This document shows positions 29,168-37,423 of a stretch of 64,000 bases of DNA, one piece after another. The stretch is from assembly GCA_963674825.1 (NCBI GenBank), contig OY771587.1, positions 1,984,001 to 2,048,000 of the forward strand, in the 5' to 3' direction. Position numbers and translations under genes: made by a program. The notes beneath the pieces are model-generated. The model was not told the DNA's origin. It made no database searches and saw nothing but the letters and a program-made list of their open reading frames with translations. Source of the stretch: Candidatus Cloacimonadales bacterium (lineage in GTDB: Bacteria > Cloacimonadota > Cloacimonadia > Cloacimonadales > JAIOQZ01). Each line of letters opens with the position of its first letter. Positions within the stretch are counted from its first letter, which is position 1.

Positions 29168-29198
29168 AAAAGCCGCTTCCATCCGGAGGCGGCTTTTT
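29168..29198 (+). terminator. Rho-independent terminator
   Basis: AAAAGCCGCTTCC-ATCC-GGAGGCGGCTTTTT. Confidence 0.8.
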
Positions 29199-29300
29199 CT
29201 TGGTTTATTTATTGACGAATTTCTGGGAGAGAAGTGTTATTGAATTGATCGGATAGAGATGTATCTACCATAATTTATAGCGGAAAGGATATAATAAGCT

Positions 29301-29891
29301 ATGGGAAAAGAACTACTTCCAGATTTTATACTACGGAACTATGAAGTATATGAGTGGAAGCATGCTTGTGCAATATTGAAACAAGATTTTCCACGAGAGT
29401 GGATAGATATTGTTGATATTCTGACGGATTTTAGATTACGGAAAAGCTGGATAACCGTTGGTGGAGGACGAAAATCAAATATCTCTGATTTCATAGACAG
29501 TTATCTTTACGAAAGAGGATGGTCTGAAAAACAATTTAATACCAGGGTTATTGTGGATGATCACGAGACGGATTCACCAACCCATAAAGTCGATTGTTTT
29601 AAAAATCGGGTTGCGCTTGAAATCGAATGGAATAATAAAGATCCGTTTTTTGATCGCGATTTGAATAACTTCAGATTGCTCTTCGAATTGCGAGCTATAA
29701 GTGTTGGTGTGATTATAACACGATGTGATGAGCTGCAAGAAGTGTTTAAGGAAGTTGGCAGAGAAAAATCTTATGGCGCATCGACAACACACATGAGCAA
29801 GCTGATACCCCGCATAGATGGCGGTGGAGGTGGCGGATGCCCAATCGTGATTTTTGGCATCAAGAGGTCACTGTATTTGGAGGATGAATAA
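29301..29891 (+). CDS. BglII/BstYI-family restriction endonuclease
   Basis: HKVDCFKNRVALEIEWNNKDPFFDRDL PD-(D/E)xE-type motif; AT-rich; translationally coupled to the MTase gene. Confidence 0.75.
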   Translation: MGKELLPDFILRNYEVYEWKHACAILKQDFPREWIDIVDILTDFRLRKSWITVGGGRKSNISDFIDSYLYERGWSEKQFNTRVIVDDHETDSPTHKVDCFKNRVALEIEWNNKDPFFDRDLNNFRLLFELRAISVGVIITRCDELQEVFKEVGREKSYGASTTHMSKLIPRIDGGGGGGCPIVIFGIKRSLYLEDE

Positions 29892-30556
29892 TGAATGCTT
29901 CTGATGACTTATTGAAATTTATCGGGGATCGCAAATATTCCACAATTCTTGCAGATCCTCCTTGGCAGTTTAAAAACAGAACGGGCAAGGTTGCTCCTGA
30001 ACATAAAAGGTTATCAAGATACCCCACAATGTCTTTGCAAGAGATAAAAGATCTTCCAGTTGAAGCGATTGTTGACGATCGAGCCCACTTGTACCTTTGG
30101 GTGCCAAATGCACTATTGATTGAAGGGTTACAGGTAATGGATAACTGGGGTTTTAAATATAAGACAAACCTCGTTTGGTATAAAGTCCGAAAAGATGGAG
30201 GCCCTGACCGAAGAGGTGTTGGATTCTATTTTCGGAATGTTACTGAAATATTGTTGTTTGGCGTTAGAGGTGGAAAAATCCGCACTCTGCAACCTGGGAG
30301 AAGCCAAGAGAACATTATTACTTCGAGGAAAAGAGAACATAGTCGTAAGCCTGATGAACAATATGATCTTATAGAATCATGCAGTTGGGGTCCATTTCTC
30401 GAACTTTTTGGCCGAGGTGGAAGAAAGGGGTGGACTACATGGGGTAACCAGGCTGAAGAATATACACCTGATTGGAACACCTATTCAAATCACTCTCAGG
30501 CTGATGCTCCTGACTGCGGACAAATTACACTGTTTGATTCTATTAAAGGTGCATGA
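29891..30556 (+). CDS. MT-A70 family adenine methyltransferase
   Basis: ILADPPW, HLYLWVPN, WGFKYKTNLVW, REHSRKP, LELFGR..GWTTWGN. Confidence 0.9.
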   Translation: MNASDDLLKFIGDRKYSTILADPPWQFKNRTGKVAPEHKRLSRYPTMSLQEIKDLPVEAIVDDRAHLYLWVPNALLIEGLQVMDNWGFKYKTNLVWYKVRKDGGPDRRGVGFYFRNVTEILLFGVRGGKIRTLQPGRSQENIITSRKREHSRKPDEQYDLIESCSWGPFLELFGRGGRKGWTTWGNQAEEYTPDWNTYSNHSQADAPDCGQITLFDSIKGA

Positions 30557-30671
30557 CGAAAATCTGACTAATTTTCAAGCCGTAAAATCCTTGACACGAA
30601 TGCGCGGGTCGAATTTCGTATGACCAATTGATTGAATTTAATATGCTGCTCACGCGGCAAATAAGTAGAAA

Positions 30672-30703
30672 TCCTTTAACACTGTCCCGAGAGGCAGAAA
30701 GGA
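30672..30703 (+). promoter_or_regulatory. PyrR-binding RNA hairpin
   Basis: TCCTTTAAC-A-CTGTC-CCGAGA-GGCAG-AAAGGA matches the CUUUAA..RUCCNGAGAGG..AAGG consensus; lies upstream of pyrB. Confidence 0.8.
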
Positions 30704-30709
30704 GGAACC

Positions 30710-30733
30710 ATGAACCTGAAAACACTTCGCTGA
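30710..30733 (+). CDS. Putative pyr leader peptide MNLKTLR
   Basis: AGGAGG RBS at 30700-30705, ATG at 30710, TGA at 30731-30733. Confidence 0.55.
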   Translation: MNLKTLR

Positions 30734-30785
30734 CCTCCGTCATCCGAATCACCATCCCTATTTTCCCAACACACATGGAGGTACA

Positions 30786-31724
30786 ATGCAAAGCGAATAT
30801 AACTTAGTCGGACGCAATCTGTTCGACCTCGATGACTACAGCCCGGAAGAAATTCTGACCATTCTCGAGGCTGCCAAGGTCATGAAATCGATCAACCTTC
30901 GAGCCTATAAAAAACTCCCGACCCTGCGCGGTAAGACCGTCTGTACGTTATTCTTCGAAAACAGCACCCGCACCAGGATGTCGTTTGAACTGGCCGCGAG
31001 CCGCCTCAGCGCGGATGTGGTGAGTTTCTCCGCCGAAACATCTTCCCTTTCCAAAGGCGAAAGCCTTCAGGACACCGTCTATACCCTCAACGCGATGGGT
31101 ATCGACCTCTATATCATCCGCCACACCTGCCCCGGTTCACCGCAGCTTGTTCACAAACATTCAGGTAAGCCGGTTCTCAACGGCGGTGACGGACGCCACG
31201 CGCATCCCACGCAAGCACTGCTGGATATCTTCTCAATCTGGGAACGCCTCGGTGACCTCAAGGGACTCAAGATCGCGATCGTTGGCGACATCGCTCATTC
31301 GAGAGTTGTTCGTTCCAATCTGATCGGCATGAAGAAGCTTGGCGCTGAAGTAATCGTCTGTGGACCACGCACCTTGATGCCGGGCCACCTTCAGGAGATC
31401 TACGGCTGCAAGGTCGAATACGACCTCAAGACCGCGCTCAAGGATGCAGATGTAGTGATGGGCCTGCGTATGCAGTTTGAACGCCAGGCAGACGGCCTTT
31501 TCCCGAGCCTCGACGAATACACACGCCACTATGTCCTCTCCAAACAGACCATCCGGTGGGCGAAGAAAGACGCCCTGATCATGCACCCCGGCCCGATGAA
31601 CCGCGGAATCGAGATTCTGCCGGAAATCGCGGACAGTCAGCAGAGCCTGATCATCGAGCAGGTCGCGAACGGCGTCGCAGTACGCATGGCGATTCTGTTC
31701 CTGATGCTCGGCGGCGAAATGTAA
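30786..31724 (+). CDS. pyrB: Aspartate carbamoyltransferase
   Basis: FFENSTRTR, HPTQALLD, GDIAHSRV, HPGPMNRG. Confidence 0.97.
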   Translation: MQSEYNLVGRNLFDLDDYSPEEILTILEAAKVMKSINLRAYKKLPTLRGKTVCTLFFENSTRTRMSFELAASRLSADVVSFSAETSSLSKGESLQDTVYTLNAMGIDLYIIRHTCPGSPQLVHKHSGKPVLNGGDGRHAHPTQALLDIFSIWERLGDLKGLKIAIVGDIAHSRVVRSNLIGMKKLGAEVIVCGPRTLMPGHLQEIYGCKVEYDLKTALKDADVVMGLRMQFERQADGLFPSLDEYTRHYVLSKQTIRWAKKDALIMHPGPMNRGIEILPEIADSQQSLIIEQVANGVAVRMAILFLMLGGEM

Positions 31725-31734
31725 GGAGGAAATC

Positions 31735-33006
31735 ATGACTACCCTGATCAAGAACGGAACCATTTATTATAAAGATACTTTCCGCACGCTCGACATCCTG
31801 ATCGAGGACACCACCATTGTCAAAGTCGGCGAGAAACTCGAAGCGGATGCAGAGCGTGTTATCGACGCAGACGGCAAACACGTTTTTCCGGGATTTTTCG
31901 ACTTACACAGTCACCTTCGCGATCCTGGCCAGACCCACAAGGAAGATATCGTCAGCGGAACCAGAGCGGCAGCGAAGGGTGGATTCACCACCGTTTGTGC
32001 CATGGCGAACACGGAACCTGTCGTGGACAACATCGCGACGGTCGAATACATCAAGCGTAAAGCGAAAGACCTGGGCGCTTGCAAGGTGCTGGTCGTCGGT
32101 GCGCTGAGCAAGAAATCCGAGGGTAAGGAGATTGCAGAGATCTCGATGATGCTCGAGGGTGGAATTGTTGCAGTCAGCGATGATGGCGGTTGCATCCAAA
32201 ACGCCAAGCTGAAGCTGAACGCGCTCAAATATGCCTCCAGTTTCGATATCCCGGTTATCGTTCACGCGGAAGACTATACCCTTGCTGGAAAGGGCCAGAT
32301 TAACGCCGGTAAAATGTCCACCATGCTCGGATTAGGCGGCATCCCCGGACTTGCGGAAGAGATTATGATCTCGCGCGATATCATGTTCGCCGAAAAGACA
32401 AAATGCCCGGTTCATATCGCGCATATCTCCACCAAACGCTCGGTGCAGTTGATTCGCCAGGCCAAGGCCGAAGGCATTTGTATCACTACCGAAGTGACGC
32501 CGCATCACCTGATGCTGAACGAAGAGGCTTGTAAAGATTTTAACACCAATACCAAAGTCAAACCGCCGCTCAGAACGGAAGTTGACCGCCAGGCCTGCAT
32601 CGAAGGGCTTCTGGACGGAACCATTGATTTCATCGCGACCGACCATGCACCGCATGCCGATTTCGAGAAAGACCGTGAATTTACCCTCGCGCCCTATGGC
32701 ATCAACGGTTTCGAGACCGCCTTCACCACAATGTACGATAAACTTGTGGTTCCCGGCGTGATCCCGCTCGAAGTGCTTGTTCGCTCGATGTCCGAGAAGC
32801 CGGCACGCTTCCTGAAGATGAATACGGGACGCCTCGAGGAAGGGCTTCCGGCTGATATCTGTATCGCGGATCTCAACGCGGAGCAGACCATCACAGCGGA
32901 CACCATGCTGTCGAAGTCGAAAAACACACCGTTCATCGATCAGACCTTCAAGGGCCAGATCGTCATGACGCTGTGCGACGGAAAGATCACGTGGGAAGCG
33001 GAGTAA
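31735..33006 (+). CDS. pyrC: Dihydroorotase
   Basis: DLHSHLRDPG, EVTPHH, KVKPPLR, ATDHAPH. Confidence 0.96.
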   Translation: MTTLIKNGTIYYKDTFRTLDILIEDTTIVKVGEKLEADAERVIDADGKHVFPGFFDLHSHLRDPGQTHKEDIVSGTRAAAKGGFTTVCAMANTEPVVDNIATVEYIKRKAKDLGACKVLVVGALSKKSEGKEIAEISMMLEGGIVAVSDDGGCIQNAKLKLNALKYASSFDIPVIVHAEDYTLAGKGQINAGKMSTMLGLGGIPGLAEEIMISRDIMFAEKTKCPVHIAHISTKRSVQLIRQAKAEGICITTEVTPHHLMLNEEACKDFNTNTKVKPPLRTEVDRQACIEGLLDGTIDFIATDHAPHADFEKDREFTLAPYGINGFETAFTTMYDKLVVPGVIPLEVLVRSMSEKPARFLKMNTGRLEEGLPADICIADLNAEQTITADTMLSKSKNTPFIDQTFKGQIVMTLCDGKITWEAE

Positions 33007-33743
33007 TTCGCCAGATTTGCCCGGTCACCAGGCTGCGGCAGATCAATGCATCCTATTTCGAGCTGTGGTTTGCTTCCCGTGAGATGGTGCAGCAGCTCGC
33101 TCCCGGTCAGTTTTTCGAGATCATGCGTCCGGAGAGCGATCGCTTGCGTATTCCCATCAGTTGCTACGATGTCGAAGGCGACGAGATCGGCCTGATGATT
33201 AAAATCATCGGTGATGGAACGCTCGATTTATCCACGCTTTGTGAAGGTGATATGCTCGATGTGATGGGACCTCTGGGTAACCGATTCACGAAGCCGCAGG
33301 AAGCGAAAATCCTGCTGGTCAGCGGTGGAATCGGCTATCCACCTATGTATTCCCTAAAGAAAGCGCTCACCGCGGGTAACGAGATCAAATGGCTGCACGG
33401 TGGCAGATGTAAAGATGATGCCTTTCCATGCGACGCGATCTATACCGACGACGGATCGGCAGGTCAGAAAGGCTTTGTGACCATCGGTGTGGAAGATGAG
33501 CTTGCTGGCGGTGGTTACGACTGGCTATACTGCTGTGGGCCCGAGCCGCTCCTGAAGCGTTGCGCCGAACTGGCGAAGCAATACGGTGTTCGCTGCGAAC
33601 TCTCCCTGGAAGCCTATATGGCCTGTGGAATCGGAGTCTGCTACGGTTGTGCCGTGGCGATCCGCGAAGGGGACGAGGTTGTCTATAAAACAGTCTGTAA
33701 AGACGGGCCTGTTTTCGATTCGGAGGTCGTGGTATGGGGCTGA
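32973..33743 (+). CDS. pyrK: Dihydroorotate dehydrogenase electron transfer subunit
   Basis: RIPIS, GPLGN, GGIG, CGP, MACGIGVCYGC..CKDGPVF 2Fe-2S motif; start uncertain (32973 or 32991). Confidence 0.93.
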   Translation: MRRKDHVGSGVIRQICPVTRLRQINASYFELWFASREMVQQLAPGQFFEIMRPESDRLRIPISCYDVEGDEIGLMIKIIGDGTLDLSTLCEGDMLDVMGPLGNRFTKPQEAKILLVSGGIGYPPMYSLKKALTAGNEIKWLHGGRCKDDAFPCDAIYTDDGSAGQKGFVTIGVEDELAGGGYDWLYCCGPEPLLKRCAELAKQYGVRCELSLEAYMACGIGVCYGCAVAIREGDEVVYKTVCKDGPVFDSEVVVWG

Positions 33744-34639
33744 CAACGAAACTGGGCCGCATTGAGATGAAAAATCCGGTGACGGTTGCATCCGGGACGT
33801 TCGGACTGAACTACGGAGATTTTTTCGAGCTCAGTCAGCTCGGTGCGCTGGTTACCAAGACCATCACCATGGATCCGCGTGCGGGAAATCCCCCGCCGAG
33901 GCTCTTCGAGACCGAGTGTGGACTCCTGAACTCGATCGGGTTGCAGAATCCGGGACTGGAAGGATTTCTGCGCGATGACCTGCCACGATACCGTCAGATC
34001 GATACACCGATTCTTGTGAGCTTTTCCGGGAACAGCGTCGACCAGTTCTGCCGCATGATGGAGCGCATGGAAAAGCATGATGGGATAGCCGGGTATGAGG
34101 TGAATGTCTCCTGCCCGAATGTCGAGAAAGAAGGGATTGCCTTCGGAACCGATCCCAAGGTTGTCTATCAGCTGACCAAAGCGCTAGCCGCGATCACGAT
34201 GCGCGAGCTTTGCATCAAGCTGTCACCCAATGTGACCGATATCGTCGCGATTGCCAGAGCTGCCGAAGAAGGTGGCGCGACATCGATCGCGCTGATCAAC
34301 ACTCTAATCGGCATGGCGATTGATTGGCGTAACGGAAAGAGCCGCATTGCCCGTGGCGGAGCTGGATACAGCGGAAGAGCCGTGAAGCCGGTGGCGGTGT
34401 TTCAGGTGTACAAGGTGGCGCAGAAGGTAAAAATTCCTATCCTCGCGATGGGTGGAATCAGCAACTGGATGGACGCGCTGGAGTTCCTCTATGCCGGAGC
34501 CTCTGCGGTGGCGGTTGGTACCAGGAATTTCGTCGACCCGGATGCGACGACAAAAATCATTGACGGAATCGGAAGTTATTTGTTAGATAATAAGTTGAAC
34601 CTTACCGACGTGATCGGAAAGGTAAGTGGTGTTCTTTAA
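33734..34639 (+). CDS. pyrD: Dihydroorotate dehydrogenase class 1B catalytic subunit
   Basis: ASGTFG, NSIGLQNPG, NVSCPN, KLSPNVTDI. Confidence 0.96.
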   Translation: MGLTTKLGRIEMKNPVTVASGTFGLNYGDFFELSQLGALVTKTITMDPRAGNPPPRLFETECGLLNSIGLQNPGLEGFLRDDLPRYRQIDTPILVSFSGNSVDQFCRMMERMEKHDGIAGYEVNVSCPNVEKEGIAFGTDPKVVYQLTKALAAITMRELCIKLSPNVTDIVAIARAAEEGGATSIALINTLIGMAIDWRNGKSRIARGGAGYSGRAVKPVAVFQVYKVAQKVKIPILAMGGISNWMDALEFLYAGASAVAVGTRNFVDPDATTKIIDGIGSYLLDNKLNLTDVIGKVSGVL

Positions 34640-34705
34640 ACCCGTAGAACCTTCCTTGCGTGAGTTTCCAAACGGGCTTGCGTGAGGGCAATGAAGGAGA
34701 CTGGA

Positions 34706-35245
34706 ATGAAAGAAAAACGTCAAGTTATGGACGAAGCGGCAATGCAGCGTGCGATTAAACGCATCGCGCACGAAATAGACGAACAAAACAAGGGCCTCGA
34801 GAATGTTTACCTTGTAGGAATCAGAAGTCGTGGCGTACCGATGGCGGACCGCCTGGCGGATTACCTCAAATCGATCGATGGTGTGGAAGTTCCTACCGGA
34901 ATCCTCGATATCACCCTCTATCGTGACGACCTTTCGACTATCTCGCATCAGCCGGTGATCAAAGGTTCGAAGATTGATTACGAAGTTCAGGGCAAGAATA
35001 TCATCCTCGTGGATGACGTGCTTTATACCGGAAGAACCGTTCGCGCGGCGATCGACGCTATCCTCGATTTTGGAAGACCCGAGAAGATCCAGCTTTGCGT
35101 GCTGATCGATCGCGGTCATCGCGAGCTGCCTGTCAAGGCGAACTATGTAGGCAAGAATATCCCCACATCGGACGAAGAGATCGTCAAGGTGTGCTTTGTT
35201 GAAACCGACGGCGAAGACTCTGTACGCTTGATGGTGCGGGATTGA
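34706..35245 (+). CDS. pyrR: PyrR regulator / UPRTase
   Basis: [40 protein letters not shown]; start after an AAGGAG RBS. Confidence 0.96.
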   Translation: MKEKRQVMDEAAMQRAIKRIAHEIDEQNKGLENVYLVGIRSRGVPMADRLADYLKSIDGVEVPTGILDITLYRDDLSTISHQPVIKGSKIDYEVQGKNIILVDDVLYTGRTVRAAIDAILDFGRPEKIQLCVLIDRGHRELPVKANYVGKNIPTSDEEIVKVCFVETDGEDSVRLMVRD

Positions 35246-35246
35246 T

Positions 35247-36053
35247 ATGGGTTTTTACGATAAATTTCTGAGCGCGAGCCGGAAGAACCAGTCGCTGGTC
35301 TGCGTGGGACTTGACACTGACCCGCAAAAGATCCCCGCGCATCTGAACGGCCAGTCGAATACGATGACTGCATTTAATAAAGAGATCATCCGGACGACGA
35401 AGGCTTACGCCGCTGCCTACAAGCTCAATTATGCGTTCTACCTCGCGGAAGGGAAAATGGGCATGCAAGCGTTGGAAGAGACGCTCGATATCCTGCGCGA
35501 CGGCGATGTGCCGGTGATTCTGGATGTGAAAGTGGGGGATATACCCAACACGATGAAGCAATACGGAAAAACCTTCTTCGGCAACTACCATGTGGATTCC
35601 ATTACGGTCAATCCGCTGATGGGCAAGGACACCATCGAGACGATTCTAGACATTCCAGATAGCTTTTGCTTCGTGCTGGCGGTGACCTCCAATTCGGGGG
35701 CGACCGATTTCCTCAAAGCGCAGTCGCTGCATGAAAGGATTGCTGGATGGTTGGGCGAAAGCGACGCGACGAGACTCGGTGCTGTCGTGGGTGCAACCAA
35801 TACGGACGAACTGGCCCGTATGCGTGAGCTTATGCCGGAAAACCTCTTCCTGGTACCGGGCATCGGTGCGCAGGGCGGCGACTTGAACGCGGTGGTGAGG
35901 CTTGCCTCCATGAGCGCGGACGACCCGCGTTTCATGGTCAATTCATCGCGCGGTATCATCTATAAGTCCGGCGGAGAAGACTTTGCCGAAGCTGCCGGAA
36001 ACGCAGCCAATGAACTGCGTACAAAGATACAGGACAGCCTGAAAAAGCTCTGA
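35247..36053 (+). CDS. pyrF: Orotidine-5'-phosphate decarboxylase (type 2)
   Basis: VCVGLD, D.K.GDI, GAVVGAT, LVPGIGAQGG, NSSRGI. Confidence 0.95.
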   Translation: MGFYDKFLSASRKNQSLVCVGLDTDPQKIPAHLNGQSNTMTAFNKEIIRTTKAYAAAYKLNYAFYLAEGKMGMQALEETLDILRDGDVPVILDVKVGDIPNTMKQYGKTFFGNYHVDSITVNPLMGKDTIETILDIPDSFCFVLAVTSNSGATDFLKAQSLHERIAGWLGESDATRLGAVVGATNTDELARMRELMPENLFLVPGIGAQGGDLNAVVRLASMSADDPRFMVNSSRGIIYKSGGEDFAEAAGNAANELRTKIQDSLKKL

Positions 36054-37423
36054 TGAAACTTCGATTTCTTACGATATTGACGCTCCTGATGGCGTTTTTG
36101 AACGCTGGGGAGCGTCCTTTCTTCTTCAAGCAGGACACCAGTCCGTCATCTCGGGCTGAGTGGTTTTACACGACTTGGGCTGTGCATTTATCTTCTTCCA
36201 CTGAGGACCAAGACAAAAATCCCCATTATAGTGCGTTTCAACTGAGCTGGTATCGGCCAACTCGAAGTGGGCTGGGGTATTACGCTATTGGGAAGTACCA
36301 GATCGCTGATGAAATGGATGAAGCTGTTGGCGGCCTTGGTACCTCCTATCGCTTTTCATCGCTACTTTATGGTGGGATCGATATCGAAGCCGGGTGGCGT
36401 GAAGAGAATGATAAAACAACCTTCTCTATCCATCCGGGAATTACCTTCAAGCCAATAGGCAATCTACATTTCAGCGTACATGATCGCTATGATATCGCGG
36501 ATGATGAGAACCTGCTGAGAATAGAGACTTCAGTTCTTTTTAATCCGTCAATCACACTCGGGTTTGGCTGGGATACCGATAACACCTGCGACACCGAGAT
36601 TAAAGGGTACTTTGTGGGAACGGGTATCGGCGTTTACATCGGGATGGCGCTAGATGCGGACGGCCCGGTCAACGACGCTGTATATCGCGGTGGATTTTCT
36701 TTTCAGATCGAAAAGTGGTTCTCGCAGTATGGGGAGACGCTTGATCGTTATGAAAAAGGAATCCGGGATCTGCGCATAGTCTGGATGCCGGGTAGATATA
36801 CACCACCGGTTCGGTTCGAGGCGAAACATTACGCCATCGAGAAAACGCCACACGAGTACCGTACGCTTGCCATCACCGAATCGATCGAGGATTTCCAGCC
36901 GGACGAGACGGTCATCACCATCAAGCCCGGAGACAACCTGATCCGAATCAGCAAGACGTTGCCTGCGAATGCCAACGCGGAGTTTCGCGACAATGTGCGT
37001 GCGATTGCCGAGTACAACGGTATAGACGATCCTTCGCGCATCTATGTGGGGCAGGAGATCAAGATACCGACCTTCAAGCCGTCCATCGACAGCCTGCGGG
37101 TGTCGGATGAAGACAAAGCGCTGGTCAGTGAATTGCTGGATAAGACCTACAACACGCGGATTGTGGAGACTTCGATTTCAAGCGCGCTATGGAGCTTCAG
37201 GCTGGAGGGTGTGTCCGGGATGCGTGATCGGCTTCCCACGCATAGCATTCTCGATCATCCGCAGCTCTTGAATACACAGGCATTGACGCTGGTCTATTCA
37301 GGTGACTACAAGCAAGCCGAAGACCTTCTGGAATGGGCTCTGAAGGCAAGCAAAGACTCGCCGATTCTGAAGAAGAATCTGGATAAGATAAAACAATTGG
37401 CAGGCTACGATGAAAGCGAATAG
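36053..37423 (+). CDS. Secreted protein: beta-strand-rich N-terminus, LysM domain, C-terminal TPR-like helix
   Basis: Signal peptide; ITIKPGDNLIRIS...IAEYNGIDDPSRIYVGQEIKIP LysM. Confidence 0.7.
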   Translation: MKLRFLTILTLLMAFLNAGERPFFFKQDTSPSSRAEWFYTTWAVHLSSSTEDQDKNPHYSAFQLSWYRPTRSGLGYYAIGKYQIADEMDEAVGGLGTSYRFSSLLYGGIDIEAGWREENDKTTFSIHPGITFKPIGNLHFSVHDRYDIADDENLLRIETSVLFNPSITLGFGWDTDNTCDTEIKGYFVGTGIGVYIGMALDADGPVNDAVYRGGFSFQIEKWFSQYGETLDRYEKGIRDLRIVWMPGRYTPPVRFEAKHYAIEKTPHEYRTLAITESIEDFQPDETVITIKPGDNLIRISKTLPANANAEFRDNVRAIAEYNGIDDPSRIYVGQEIKIPTFKPSIDSLRVSDEDKALVSELLDKTYNTRIVETSISSALWSFRLEGVSGMRDRLPTHSILDHPQLLNTQALTLVYSGDYKQAEDLLEWALKASKDSPILKKNLDKIKQLAGYDESE

